Below, in pieces: positions 1 to 10,159 of a stretch of DNA of 64,000 bases (the first letter of the stretch is position 1; every line of letters begins with the position of its first letter). The stretch is from Cenarchaeum sp. (GTDB taxonomy: Archaea > Thermoproteota > Nitrososphaeria > Nitrososphaerales > Nitrosopumilaceae): assembly GCA_963693095.2 (NCBI GenBank), contig OY843768.1, positions 992,001 to 1,056,000 on the forward strand, given 5' to 3'. Both the position numbers and the translations under genes were made by a program. The notes beneath the pieces are model-generated. The model worked only from the letters and a program-made list of their open reading frames with translations. It ran no database searches and was not told the origin of the DNA.

Positions 1-1391
1 GCCGTCGCGCCAGACTCGACCATGGTGTGCGCGCGCTGCTCAAAGAGCGTAAAGAACGACTGGCGCATTATCGTCGCATAGAGCGAGTCTAGCCGGGATG
101 CGATCATTGCGCGCCGGCGCGCCGGCGAGGCGGTGCGCATGAGCGCATCATGGAGCAGCGTCTCGGAGAATGTCGAGGCCGTCTCGGCGAGCGGGAGCGG
201 TGCGTGTTGCGTGAGTATCGACTGCGACGAGGCCGCAATGCTGTGGACCGCATGGCCGAGCTCGTGCGCGAGCGTAAACGTGTCCTCGACTGTGCCAGTA
301 AAGCTGAGCAGGACATAGGGGAGGAGCCCCGGCGAGACCGTGCTGCAGAACGCGCCATCACGCTTGCCCTTGCGGACCGACGAGTCGACGTGGCACGAGT
401 CCATGACGCGCCCCGCCATTGCGGCCATCTCGGGGCTAAAGTCCGACATTGCGCCAAGGACGCCCTTTACCGCGCTTGCGTACGAGTTGCGAGCCTTGCC
501 GCCGGGCACTGGCGCGTAGAGGTCATACCTGCGCATCTTTTCCAGGCCGATCATGCGCGCCTTTGCAGCAAAGAACCGCCTGAACACGGGCGCATTTTTC
601 TCGCATGTGCGCAAGAGTGCCGAGACTGTCCGGTCATCGACATTGTTTGCCATGTTTCTCGGAGATATTGCAGACTTGTGCGATCGCAGGCCAACCTCGA
701 CGCTGCCCCACTCGGAGGAAACACTAGAGTAAATGTCGCCAAGCGTTCCCCTGTTAGACGCAAACTTTGAGAGAAGCGCGCGGTATGCGGCGCGCCGAAC
801 CGATGCGCGCGGGCTCCGGACCAGCGCGCCGAGCTCCTCGCGACCCATCGTCTTGCGGCCCACGCGATACTCAAAGGCCGACGTGAGGCGGTCATACAGC
901 CGGACAAGAGCCGAGGAGCCGGTAACGTCCATGATGTTGATGATGCGCTCCTGGGCCTCAGGCAGCGTGTGGCGGGCCATGAGCCTCATGTACGCAAAGT
1001 GGCCGGCGAGCGGGCCGAGGTGCGTGAGGAGGCGTCGCGCGTTGCGCGCATCAAGATCCACCTTCCACCACTGATCAAAGAAGAGCATGTCGTTTGCCAC
1101 CTGCGCCGAGAGGCGAGTCATCGCCGCGACGCGCGCGCCGGCCCTCTCGGACTGCGTGTCAGCCGCATACGAGAGCGAGGCGTGCGAATAGACACGGCTC
1201 ATCGCATCGTGAATATCCTCAACTAGCGAGATCATGCGCAGCATCTGCGACGGGGATATTGACGGCTTTAGGAGACCCCTAGAGCGCTCAAAGCGCGCGA
1301 CGAGCCGACGCACCTTGCGCACCTCGGCGTCGGCCTTGCGCCCGCCGGGCAGCTCGGAGAGCGTCCACTCGCCTGTTCGCAGTCCGGCCAT
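1..1391 (-). CDS. pepF: M3B oligoendopeptidase F (3' end runs off the window)
   Basis: Not in the ORF track because it has no stop in the window. Manual translation from ATG 1391 gives MAGLRTGEWTL...KRDGAFC...TLAHELGHAVH (HExxH)...PLAETASTFSE, typical M3B motifs. Confidence 0.88.
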   Translation of the reverse strand, partial: MAGLRTGEWTLSELPGGRKADAEVRKVRRLVARFERSRGLLKPSISPSQMLRMISLVEDIHDAMSRVYSHASLSYAADTQSERAGARVAAMTRLSAQVANDMLFFDQWWKVDLDARNARRLLTHLGPLAGHFAYMRLMARHTLPEAQERIINIMDVTGSSALVRLYDRLTSAFEYRVGRKTMGREELGALVRSPRASVRRAAYRALLSKFASNRGTLGDIYSSVSSEWGSVEVGLRSHKSAISPRNMANNVDDRTVSALLRTCEKNAPVFRRFFAAKARMIGLEKMRRYDLYAPVPGGKARNSYASAVKGVLGAMSDFSPEMAAMAGRVMDSCHVDSSVRKGKRDGAFCSTVSPGLLPYVLLSFTGTVEDTFTLAHELGHAVHSIAASSQSILTQHAPLPLAETASTFSETLLHDALMRTASPARRRAMIASRLDSLYATIMRQSFFTLFEQRAHTMVESGAT

Positions 1392-1430
1392 CTAGGCCTG
1401 CCCCCAGTCCACACGCGTGCGCATGGCAGC

Positions 1431-1562
1431 TCAGGGAATCTCGTCCTGCAGGTCAGAGCATGCCTTGTGAACCCACTTGTCCTGTGAGTTGCGCAGTATC
1501 TCCTTTCCTGTCTTTATCTCCCCACCGCACTCGGGGCACGTTCCGGAAAATCTTGCCTTCAT
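1431..1562 (-). CDS. 43-aa putative zinc-binding microprotein
   Basis: Manual translation MKARFSGTCPECGGEIKTGKEILRNSQDKWVHKACSDLQDEIP: CxxC...HxxC; co-oriented with neighbours. Confidence 0.65.
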   Translation of the reverse strand: MKARFSGTCPECGGEIKTGKEILRNSQDKWVHKACSDLQDEIP

Positions 1563-1578
1563 CAGGCTGGCTCGCCCC

Positions 1579-1701
1579 CTAGGCAGTTATTACCCTTGCC
1601 CTAGACACGGAGTGGCCAGTGATCTTTTTGTGCGTCGAGGCCAGCTCGGCATCGCGGAACGTCAGCCCACACCTAAAGCACTTCCACGCAAGCTCGACCA
1701 T
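1579..1701 (-). CDS. 40-aa C2H2-type zinc-finger microprotein
   Basis: Manual translation MVELAWKCFRCGLTFRDAELASTHKKITGHSVSRARVITA: CxxC-x3-F...H-x5-H; AT-rich TATA-like tract just upstream. Confidence 0.65.
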   Translation of the reverse strand: MVELAWKCFRCGLTFRDAELASTHKKITGHSVSRARVITA

Positions 1702-1761
1702 GGATATATCTCGCATGGTATGGATATAAGCGTGTCGAACATTTGATCCAGAGGCGCCAGC

Positions 1762-2064
1762 CTAGCCATAATCGACGTACCGGTCATAGCGGCGCTCGAC
1801 CTCGGGGTTCAGGCCGCCCAGGATTCGCTCGGTCTCTGAGGAGATTCGCCGCTCGATATACTCGCGCAGGCTCTCCAGGCCCCCGTCAGAGGCGATCTGG
1901 GCGGCAAGTCCCCCAAAGTATGACGCAGCGAGCCTTCGATACTCGTCTCGCGCAGGCCTGCGCTCGCCTGCCGCCCGAAACGAGGCCGTCGCGCACGACG
2001 CGCCGACGATATGCGGCAGCTCGTCTAGTGCGCGGCTGATCTCGTACCGTGAGTCTGGCCTCAC
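1762..2064 (-). CDS. hypothetical protein
   Basis: 100-aa ORF whose start overlaps the hemB stop; plausible helical protein. Confidence 0.6.
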   Translation of the reverse strand: MRPDSRYEISRALDELPHIVGASCATASFRAAGERRPARDEYRRLAASYFGGLAAQIASDGGLESLREYIERRISSETERILGGLNPEVERRYDRYVDYG

Positions 2065-3056
2065 GGCCCATCACGCAGGGCAGCAGCGGCCTCTTTTGCA
2101 AAGTATGTCACGATGACGCCGGCGCCGGCCCTCTTTATGGCGTGGAGTATCTCTAGGGCCACTGCTGTCCCGTCGACCATGTCGCGCGACTCGGCGGCCT
2201 TTACGAGCGCATACTCGCCAGACACGCTATAGGCTGCCACGGGCACGTCAAAGCGCCTGCGCGTCTCGGCGATGATGTCAAGGTACGCCAGAGCCGGCTT
2301 TATCATCACAATGTCGACGCCCTCCTCAATGTCTGCAGCTATCTCTTGCATCGATGCGTGCGCGCCAGTGTACGGAACCTGGTATGACCTGCGGTCGCCA
2401 AACTGCGGCGCGCACGAGGCCGCATCACGAAAGGGCGCATAGAACGACGAGGCGTGCTTTGCCGAGTGCGACATTATCGCAACGTCGCCAAATCCCGCGC
2501 CATCAAGGGCTGCCCTGATCGCCGAGACCTGCCCGTCCATCATCGCCGACGGCGAGACGACATCAGCGCCAGCGCGCGCCTGGCTCACGGCGATCCTCGA
2601 GAGCGCCTCGAGGCTCGTGTCGTTGTCTATGGAGTTGCCGTCACCAACTAGCCCACAGTGGCCCGATGGCGTGTACTGGCACAGGCAGACATCAGACATT
2701 ATGGCAAGCGCATCGCCGTGCGAGGCACGCACTGAGCGTATGGCCTCTTGCACTACACCATCAGGCGCGTATGCCGAGGAGGCCGCGTCATCCTTGGAGG
2801 AGGGGACGCCAAATAGCATGACTGCGCGTATTCCAAGGTCGTGTATAGAGCCGGCCTCGGAGGCAACATCATCCGGACCAATCCTCGAGAGGCCTGGCAT
2901 CGAGTCGATACGCGAGGGCGATCCCGACTCGTCGACAAAGATGGGGCACACGAGGTCAGAGGCCGCAAGGCGCGTCTCGCGGACGAGCTCGCGGATGCTT
3001 CCTGACCTGCGCAGGCGGCGCAGGCGCGTGGCCGGAAACGGCATGTCAGAGCGCAC
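2061..3056 (-). CDS. hemB: porphobilinogen synthase
   Basis: RLRRLR N-terminus, DVCLCQYT..GHCG zinc site, SAMMDG, FYAPFRDA, VMIKPAL..YLD, AYSVSGEY. Confidence 0.97.
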   Translation of the reverse strand: MRSDMPFPATRLRRLRRSGSIRELVRETRLAASDLVCPIFVDESGSPSRIDSMPGLSRIGPDDVASEAGSIHDLGIRAVMLFGVPSSKDDAASSAYAPDGVVQEAIRSVRASHGDALAIMSDVCLCQYTPSGHCGLVGDGNSIDNDTSLEALSRIAVSQARAGADVVSPSAMMDGQVSAIRAALDGAGFGDVAIMSHSAKHASSFYAPFRDAASCAPQFGDRRSYQVPYTGAHASMQEIAADIEEGVDIVMIKPALAYLDIIAETRRRFDVPVAAYSVSGEYALVKAAESRDMVDGTAVALEILHAIKRAGAGVIVTYFAKEAAAALRDGP

Positions 3057-3076
3057 GGCCGAGATTGAATATAACT

Positions 3077-4321
3077 CTAGTCGGCGCGCCCAAAGAGGCG
3101 AGACGCCGCGTCTAGCACGCCATCATCGCCGTTCTCCGAGGCGCGCCTTATGCGCCCTATGGGGCCTGACACTATGCCCTCCATGATCGCGCGCGTGAGG
3201 TCGTCCACGGTGCGCGCCGTCTGCTCGTCGACGCCGCCCATCATGCCGATGGCCTTTGCGAGCTCGCGCGACCTGACCTCCTCGGCTGACCTAAAGACGT
3301 CAGCAATGAGCGGCTCGGCCTCTATGCGCCTCATGGAGGCCTCTATGCCGGGCACCTCGCCGGTGACCATCCCCTCGGCCGCGCGCGCCTGTGACTCGCG
3401 CTCCCTGACGTTGCGGTCCACGATGCCGGCTATCTCGTCAAGGTTTACGAGCCTCACGCCGTCGATCTGCGCGACACGCTCGTCGACGGTGCGCGGGTTT
3501 GAGAGGTCGACTATCATCATCGGGCGCGCCGAGGCGTCAAGCTTGTCGGCGGTGACCATAAAGTAGGGCGCAGTGGTTGCGACGAACATGACCGAGTACG
3601 CGCCAAAGTCGCCTAGCGCATCCTCAAACCTCACCGGCCTCCCGCCGACGTTCTCGCAGAACGCCTCGGCGCGCCGGAGCGTGCGGCTCGCGACGCCAAA
3701 CTCGTAGCCGCGCTGGAGGAGCGACTTTGCGACGAGCGTCGAGAGCTCGCCGGTCCCGATGAGGAGCACGCTCTGGCCAGAGAGGCTCCCGCCATGGCCC
3801 TCCTCGGCGAGGCGGACTGCCATCGAGCCAACAGACACGCCGCCACGGCTTATTCCCGTGTCCTGCCGCACGCGCGCGCCGAGTCGGACAGCCCTGTCAA
3901 ATGCCGTGTTGAGAACGTGGCCTGATGCGCCGCACTCGCGTGCGGCCGCTATTGACTGCCTGATCTGCCCGAGGACCTGCTCCTCGCCGATGACCATAGA
4001 GTCAAGTCCGGATGCGACGCGCAACAGGTGGCCGATGGCCTCGGTTCCCTCGCAGAACTCCATGTTCTCGCCGAACGTGCGCTCGTCCAGGCCCGCCATT
4101 GACGCCCACGTCCTCTTTATGCGCTCGGCGCCACATGACTCGGCAGCACCGTACACCTCGACCCTGTTGCACGTCTGCACGATGACGCACTCTTCCAGGC
4201 CGGCGTGCGCGCGAAAGCCCGAGAGGGCCGAGGCGATATTGCGAAACGTGAATAGCTCCATGACGTGTATTGGCGACTTGCGAAATGTCACGCGCGCGTT
4301 CACTATGCTCCTAGGCGCCAT
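3077..4321 (-). CDS. hemA: glutamyl-tRNA reductase
   Basis: TCNRVE catalytic Cys, SGLDSMVIGEEQVLGQ, GTGEL NADPH site, DLSNPR. Confidence 0.97.
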   Translation of the reverse strand: MAPRSIVNARVTFRKSPIHVMELFTFRNIASALSGFRAHAGLEECVIVQTCNRVEVYGAAESCGAERIKRTWASMAGLDERTFGENMEFCEGTEAIGHLLRVASGLDSMVIGEEQVLGQIRQSIAAARECGASGHVLNTAFDRAVRLGARVRQDTGISRGGVSVGSMAVRLAEEGHGGSLSGQSVLLIGTGELSTLVAKSLLQRGYEFGVASRTLRRAEAFCENVGGRPVRFEDALGDFGAYSVMFVATTAPYFMVTADKLDASARPMMIVDLSNPRTVDERVAQIDGVRLVNLDEIAGIVDRNVRERESQARAAEGMVTGEVPGIEASMRRIEAEPLIADVFRSAEEVRSRELAKAIGMMGGVDEQTARTVDDLTRAIMEGIVSGPIGRIRRASENGDDGVLDAASRLFGRAD

Positions 4322-4970
4322 CCCAGGTCTCCAATATCGACATTGCCCTGTCTCGCGCCGCGCGTGCGCGCCCGTCTTTTATTAACTGTTTAACCCCGTC
4401 ATCCTCGGCGAGCGCGCGCAAAAAGCGCCTTCTCCCACGGGGCGTCGCTATGCGGCCACGCGCAGCAGCCCTCATCTCGGCCTGGAGCGCAATGTGGGCC
4501 TCGTCGCCCTCGCCGACTAGGCCATCGAGCGCACCGGCGGCGCGCTCGCGCAGAATGCGGGCCATGACGGGGCTCTTGCCGCCTGTGGAGACGGCGAATG
4601 AGACCGAGTCTGAAAGGCGCGTTGCGGCAAGGTGCGCATAGTCGCTGTTTGCGGCATCATCTGACGAGTAGGCCAGGCAGTTGGGCTCGCATCGTGCCGC
4701 CTCGACAATGGTGGCGTTTAGCGCAGTGTCATCAGTGGCCGCAATCACAATGCGCGCGCCGCAGCCGCGTATGGCCACGGCGTCGCGCACGCGCTCGCGT
4801 CGCAACTCGAGCGAGTCACCGGCAAGCGCATCGAATCGCCCGTCGGCCGGCTCACCGATGACTAGGACTGTGCAGCCCTCGCCGAGGAGTGCCCGAGTCC
4901 GCCGGTAGGCCTCCGAGCCAGCACCGATGATCACGGCACGGCATCCGTGCAGGGCGAGGTCGACTATCAA
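4311..4970 (-). CDS. sirC: precorrin-2 dehydrogenase / sirohydrochlorin ferrochelatase (SirC/CysG N-terminal type)
   Basis: GAGSEA Rossmann motif, AATDD..LN, AVSTGGKSPVMAR; in an operon with hemA. Confidence 0.9.
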   Translation of the reverse strand: MIVDLALHGCRAVIIGAGSEAYRRTRALLGEGCTVLVIGEPADGRFDALAGDSLELRRERVRDAVAIRGCGARIVIAATDDTALNATIVEAARCEPNCLAYSSDDAANSDYAHLAATRLSDSVSFAVSTGGKSPVMARILRERAAGALDGLVGEGDEAHIALQAEMRAAARGRIATPRGRRRFLRALAEDDGVKQLIKDGRARAARDRAMSILETWDGA

Positions 4971-5151
4971 TGTGGGGGCACGGCGGGATTTTTCTATTTA
5001 AGTTGTGGATGCAGACGCGTGCGGCAGCCCACAGTCGTTAGCACATGCAAAGACCATGTGGGCGCCATCCACTGGCAGCACCCCACACGTGGCACATGAA
5101 CGCATCACAGGAAAGTGGCGCAGTGTCATGACCGGCATGCCACAGTAGCGC

Positions 5152-5577
5152 TCAGCCTGCAGCAGTATTCTGACTGCCAAGTGTTGCCATAGCCGTGCTC
5201 ACATGCCGCTCGTATATGTCAAGTAGCGCATCGGCCTCCTCCCTCATGCTCTCAAACATCAGGCATGGAAGCTCGCGCGTGGTCGGTGTCGCACCTCGCC
5301 TGCGCCGCGACTCGATCTCACGCGTGATCTCGTCCGGATGGGGTTCGAACAGGCAGTGCTCGAGGCCAAAGTAGCGGCATGCGGCAAAAAAGTCGTCCGT
5401 GTTCAACGAGGACACGTTGAGGTGGTGTCCGATATAGGCCTTGCCGCGCGGTCCTGTCGAGTCAAGAAAGTCCTTTAATCTCTCACGTGTCACCGTATAG
5501 CGCGATCCATAGTGTGCCCTTATGGTAAACTCCCTGTCCACGGCAGGGCGCGAAATGAGGAGACATATAACTCCCAC
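5152..5577 (-). CDS. hypothetical protein (accessory insert)
   Basis: 141-aa ORF with protein-like composition; no motif recognised. Confidence 0.45.
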   Translation of the reverse strand: MGVICLLISRPAVDREFTIRAHYGSRYTVTRERLKDFLDSTGPRGKAYIGHHLNVSSLNTDDFFAACRYFGLEHCLFEPHPDEITREIESRRRRGATPTTRELPCLMFESMREEADALLDIYERHVSTAMATLGSQNTAAG

Positions 5578-6069
5578 ATAAATGACGCACCAGGGAGTGC
5601 CATGATGTTCGCCTTTGCTAGGCCGTCAAGATCGCCCTCACTGACATTGCCGATTAACGCCGCTGCAACAATGGCAGCCGGCTCCCACCTTCTGTCCTGT
5701 ACATCTCGGGATACACCTCGCGGTAGAGCATCTCGGCGACGTTGATCTCGTGTGCGATCGCCTTCCGTAGGCGCTCAATGTGCGCGGCACGATCCCCAGG
5801 TTCGGTGGACAGCGTGCCGGACTTACACCGGGGTTCCTTGGAGCGCCCAATGTTAGGACACAGTTCGCCGTAGAGGCGTAGTTACAATCTGACCAGCGCA
5901 ATATGGCGCGAGGCGACCACGGTGTACGTAACAATAGATCTCACTAGCACGCACGAGCTAGCACCCAGTGCCCGCAACAACATATGCTAGATGTGCATGC
6001 CAGATTCCCCAAAATTCGCTATAAATACCATCCAGGAGAGCTTAAATGTACGCACAGATATGACGAGTC

Positions 6070-6693
6070 ATGGAAGCAGAAGGGCGCACCGTCGAGGAGG
6101 CCAAGACACGGCAGGGTCACGGCAGCGAGTTGCGCGTAAAGGAGCGCGCCATGAACCGTACGCTAAAGGCCAAACTAGCTAGCGATGACCTAATGGCCAG
6201 GCTTAAAAGCACGAAAATAGATCCCAACATTGAGCCCTTTCTGAGGATGCTCTGGGATTATAACCTGATCGACTGTAGCACAAACCCGAAAGACTCAACG
6301 TTAGAGACTCGCATAAAAGTGCAAAAGTTTGTGTATTTTGCCCAAAAATACTTTGGGCTGCAATTTCGCTATAGGCACACAATGTACCTGTATGGCCCGT
6401 ATTCCACCAGGCTTACAGGCGACTATTTCCATATACGAAACATCTGCGACGTTCCAAGCGAGAAGCCCAAAGGGTGGAGCAGGCAAGCGGAATTTCTCGA
6501 CTTTGCAAAAAATCACAACGATGTCAAATGGCTAGAAATTGCCAGCACACTAGTCTATTCACGACTTCACGATCACATAAATGGCTCCGACAATCTGATA
6601 AGATACGTGCAGAAAATAAAGCGCAACTTTCAAAAAGAGTTTGTTGTGCGCGTGCATGACGCGCTAGTCCAGATGGGATTTCTCGGGGAGTGA
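6070..6693 (+). CDS. Panacea/SocA/YwgA-like (DUF4065-like) putative antitoxin, copy 1
   Basis: RIKVQKFVYFAQ...YLYGPYS..L and WLEIAST match the KLQK..Y...YGPYS / LE..AT pattern. Confidence 0.6.
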   Translation: MEAEGRTVEEAKTRQGHGSELRVKERAMNRTLKAKLASDDLMARLKSTKIDPNIEPFLRMLWDYNLIDCSTNPKDSTLETRIKVQKFVYFAQKYFGLQFRYRHTMYLYGPYSTRLTGDYFHIRNICDVPSEKPKGWSRQAEFLDFAKNHNDVKWLEIASTLVYSRLHDHINGSDNLIRYVQKIKRNFQKEFVVRVHDALVQMGFLGE

Positions 6694-7037
6694 GGCAATG
6701 CCGGTGTGGGAGAGGCTTGCATCACACGCACCAGCTACAGACGGGCCATGCGTGGAACCACTCACACAAGTTCTGCAATACCTGCCACGGGATGCACCTG
6801 TTCAAACGCGTTGGGAGTGCAGCCCAGACGATGTTGACGCATGGGCCGACCGTACACGCCAACACTTGTGACGGCTAGGCACGCCTAAATTTCCAAGACT
6901 GCCTTAAATATAATCAAAAGGGCTTAAATGTCCGCGCCGGCTCGCCACGCCATGAAAACGGCAGGCAACACCACACTGGTGGGCAGTCCGGGACAGGGCA
7001 GGCTCACAGTAACGTGTAGAGCGGCGCGGAGGTCGCC

Positions 7038-7580
7038 ATGAACCCCACATCGGAGACCGAGATGGTCATCGACGACTCGTTTGCGTGGATCAAGGACATA
7101 AAGATAAGCCCCAACATTGAGCCATTTCTGAAAATGCTCTGGGATCATGGACTTATCAACTGTGACACAAATCCCGAAGACTCGACGCTGGAGACGCGCA
7201 TAAAGGTGCAAAAGTTTGTCTATTTTGCCCAAAAGTACTTTGGGCTGGATTTTCAATACAATCACGTGATGTACATATATGGACCATACTCACTCGATCT
7301 CACAGGCGACTATTTTCACATCCGGAACATCCGCGACATTCCAAACGGTGGGCTCGAGGGATGGAGCAAGCGGGAAGAGTTTCTCGACTTTGCAAAAAAC
7401 CACAATAGCACGGATTGGCTAGACGTGGCCAGCACGATTATTTATTCACGGTTTGATGATAACATGAAAGATGCAGACATGCTTGTAAAGCACGTGCAGT
7501 TAATCAAAGGAAACTTTCAAAAGGAGTTTGTTGTGCGCGTGCATGACGAGCTAGTCCAGATGGGGTTTCTCGGGGAATGA
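7038..7580 (+). CDS. Panacea/SocA/YwgA-like putative antitoxin, copy 2 (tandem paralogue)
   Basis: Clearly homologous to 6070-6693 (PNIEPFL..LWD, DSTLETRIKVQKFVYFAQKYFGL, near-identical C-terminus VQMGFLGE). Confidence 0.6.
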   Translation: MNPTSETEMVIDDSFAWIKDIKISPNIEPFLKMLWDHGLINCDTNPEDSTLETRIKVQKFVYFAQKYFGLDFQYNHVMYIYGPYSLDLTGDYFHIRNIRDIPNGGLEGWSKREEFLDFAKNHNSTDWLDVASTIIYSRFDDNMKDADMLVKHVQLIKGNFQKEFVVRVHDELVQMGFLGE

Positions 7581-7584
7581 GACA

Positions 7585-8169
7585 ATGTCCTCAGGAATGT
7601 GGATTTTGCCATCCATACCAATTACTGTTGGCATATGGGCAGCCCTATGGAGCATCGAAATTATAGATACGGAATCTCCATGGTCTACAATTATAACAAC
7701 CATATCATTGTATTTAGCAGTTCTAGGAGCCATACTAACATATGAAGGTCGCAAAATCTCACAAAAAATGAAAGAGAGAGACGAAGATAGAGATAATAAA
7801 AAAAGTCACATTGTTGCCAAATATGAAATACCGCACGTTGTCAAAGCGCTCAACACACTCCTTGTAAGCATGGGCAGAACAAAAGCGAATCTGGATCAAC
7901 ATGCCATAAACAAACAAAATCATTTAGAAGAGCCAGGCGAGTACACATACAGGCGGGTCATGATGCACATAGAGGCAATACGCTCAATACAGTCAGATTT
8001 TCGCGAAGCGGGGCTGTCAAAGCACCACAGGCGCCTAGACGGCATACTTGTCAACTTGGACCACATTGGATTCGAGCGCATGGGCAAGGCAAATATGGCA
8101 GTGTTTGAAAGGAGTATCAAAATAATTTTGGACGTGATGAACGAGATTAGGGATGCTGCTGGCACGTAG
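7585..8169 (+). CDS. membrane protein with two N-terminal TM helices and a soluble helical C-terminus
   Basis: Two hydrophobic stretches (ILPSIPITVGIWAALW; IITTISLYLAVLGAIL); starts 4 nt after copy 2; lower GC than flanks. Confidence 0.6.
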   Translation: MSSGMWILPSIPITVGIWAALWSIEIIDTESPWSTIITTISLYLAVLGAILTYEGRKISQKMKERDEDRDNKKSHIVAKYEIPHVVKALNTLLVSMGRTKANLDQHAINKQNHLEEPGEYTYRRVMMHIEAIRSIQSDFREAGLSKHHRRLDGILVNLDHIGFERMGKANMAVFERSIKIILDVMNEIRDAAGT

Positions 8170-8346
8170 ATTAAAATCCACATGTGGGCAATAGTGCCAT
8201 CATGCATACCAGGCATATGCAAGCCACGCACACGCCATGGGCGTGTCTTCGTTTTGCGACGGCATAAAGATCTCTCCCCCACGCCCTTGCCACACGCACA
8301 CACCCCACGCTAGGTATTTATCAAAACGCTGCGGCACGCGCGCCAG

Positions 8347-9369
8347 ATGGCAAAGATCACCGACCAGGACGCGCTCATACTAGACGAGCTCCAGCAGTCG
8401 TTTCCGCTCGTGAGCAGGCCGTTTGCCGACATCGCCTCAAGGCTCGGCATGCCCGAGGCCGAGGTCATCGAGCGCACGCGCGCGCTCAGGGAGTCTGGCG
8501 TCCTGCGGCAGCTCAGCGCGATATTTGACACCAGGAGGCTCGGCTACAAGAGCTCACTAGTCGCAATGCGCGTGAGCCCCGAGAACATCGAGCGCGTTGC
8601 CGGCATAATCAACGGCCACCCCGGCGTGAGCCACAACTATGAGCGCGACGGCAAGTACAACCTGTGGTTCACCATAGCGGTTCCACCGGGCTCCAACCTA
8701 AAGGACGAGCTCGCAAAGTTTGATGGCATTGGGGGAATCGAGGCGGTTCGCATGCTCCCGACGATAAAGCTCTTCAAGATCGGCGTGCGCCTAGAGATGG
8801 TCAAAAAGTCCGACGTAAAGCCCGCCGAGACTAAAGCCGACGCCCCGCGCGAGGCGTTTGTGCCAACAGAGCGTGACCGCGAGATCATACGCGAGACGCA
8901 AAAGGACCTCGACTTGTCGGAGCGGCCATTTGAGGCGCCTGCGCGCAGGCTCGGGATGGACGAGGATGGCATGTTTGCGGCCCTGCGCCACTACCAGGAG
9001 ATCGGCGTCATGCGCAGGTTTGCCGGCATACTGCGCCACCGCGACGCCGGCTTTGTCGCAAACGGCATGATAGTCTGGAAGGTGCCCGAGGGGAGGATAG
9101 AGGAGGTCGGCGCGACGCTCGGCGCGTTCCCGCAGGTGAGCCACTGCTACCAGCGCCCGACATATGACGACTGGCCGTACAACGTGTTCTCGATGATCCA
9201 CTGCAAGACCAGGGAGGAGGCCGACGCTATGGTGGGGCAGATACGCGACCAGATCAAGGTTGACGAGTACCGTGTCCTCTTTAGCCTGCGCGAGTTCAAA
9301 AAGACGCGCGTAGAGTATTTTGTCGAGCAAAAGTTTAGCGTCGCGCAGGCCGCCGCGACTGTCGCGTAG
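8347..9369 (+). CDS. ahbAB: siroheme decarboxylase, fused AhbA/AhbB (Lrp/AsnC-like, NirDL/GH family)
   Basis: Two repeated AsnC-like halves: FPLVSRPF..HPGVSHNYER..YNLWFT and LSERPF..FPQVSHCYQR..WPYNVFSMIH..EFKKT; near the haem genes. Confidence 0.88.
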   Translation: MAKITDQDALILDELQQSFPLVSRPFADIASRLGMPEAEVIERTRALRESGVLRQLSAIFDTRRLGYKSSLVAMRVSPENIERVAGIINGHPGVSHNYERDGKYNLWFTIAVPPGSNLKDELAKFDGIGGIEAVRMLPTIKLFKIGVRLEMVKKSDVKPAETKADAPREAFVPTERDREIIRETQKDLDLSERPFEAPARRLGMDEDGMFAALRHYQEIGVMRRFAGILRHRDAGFVANGMIVWKVPEGRIEEVGATLGAFPQVSHCYQRPTYDDWPYNVFSMIHCKTREEADAMVGQIRDQIKVDEYRVLFSLREFKKTRVEYFVEQKFSVAQAAATVA

Positions 9370-10159
9370 CGCGCTTTAGTCCGGCAACATATGCGGCAAC
9401 CTCGCCCTCGATCTTTGACTGTGGCACCGAAGCTGCCATGCGCACTATGGGGCTGCCGACCACGACGGCATCGGCTCCGGCCCGCACGCACTCGCGCACG
9501 TCACGGGGCGCAGATATTCCAAAGCCGACGCCGAGTGTAGTCCCCTGTGAGACCCTGCGCGCGGCGCGAATTGCGCGAAGCGTATAGGCGGCAACGCCGC
9601 GGCCTACGTGGCCAGTCGTGCCATAGACTGCAACGAGGTACATGAATCCGGACGAGGCGGCCGCTATGCGGGCCATGCGCGCAGGCGACGTGTTCGGCGA
9701 GGCCAGAAAGACCGTGTCAAGTCCGGCGGCCCTCGAGGCGGCAACATACGCAGATGACTCGTCGACTGGCATGTCTGGCAGTATGACGGCATCAATGCCG
9801 GCCCGAGCCATGCGAGCGGCAAGCCTCCTGACCCCATGGCGCTCAAAGATGTTGGCATATGTCATCGAGACGAGCGGCACGTCTGTTCTGCGCCGTGTCG
9901 CCGATATTGTCTCAAGGTATGTCCCCATCGTCATGCCGCCAGAGAGCGAGACTGTGGCGGCCTCCTGTATGGCCGGCCCGTCAGCTAGCGGGTCAGAGAA
10001 GGGGTAGCCGAGCTCGATGACATCAGCGCCGCCGCGGACCGCCCCGCGGACGGCAGCGGCTGACGCGCGAGCGCTAGGGTGGCCGGCCATGACATACGCG
10101 ACGAGGGCCGCCTCGCCGGCCCCGCGCAGCTCCTCGAGCCTATCGGCTAGCCGGCCCAT
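9335..10159 (-). CDS. trpA: tryptophan synthase alpha chain
   Basis: [32 protein letters not shown]; start placed at MGRLADRL. Confidence 0.95.
   Translation of the reverse strand: MGRLADRLEELRGAGEAALVAYVMAGHPSARASAAAVRGAVRGGADVIELGYPFSDPLADGPAIQEAATVSLSGGMTMGTYLETISATRRRTDVPLVSMTYANIFERHGVRRLAARMARAGIDAVILPDMPVDESSAYVAASRAAGLDTVFLASPNTSPARMARIAAASSGFMYLVAVYGTTGHVGRGVAAYTLRAIRAARRVSQGTTLGVGFGISAPRDVRECVRAGADAVVVGSPIVRMAASVPQSKIEGEVAAYVAGLKRATRQSRRPARR

Noticed and set aside
104-1282. Numerous short ORFs in the ORF track
   Set aside because: They are antisense or alternative-frame shadows of pepF, which the track missed because it runs off the window.
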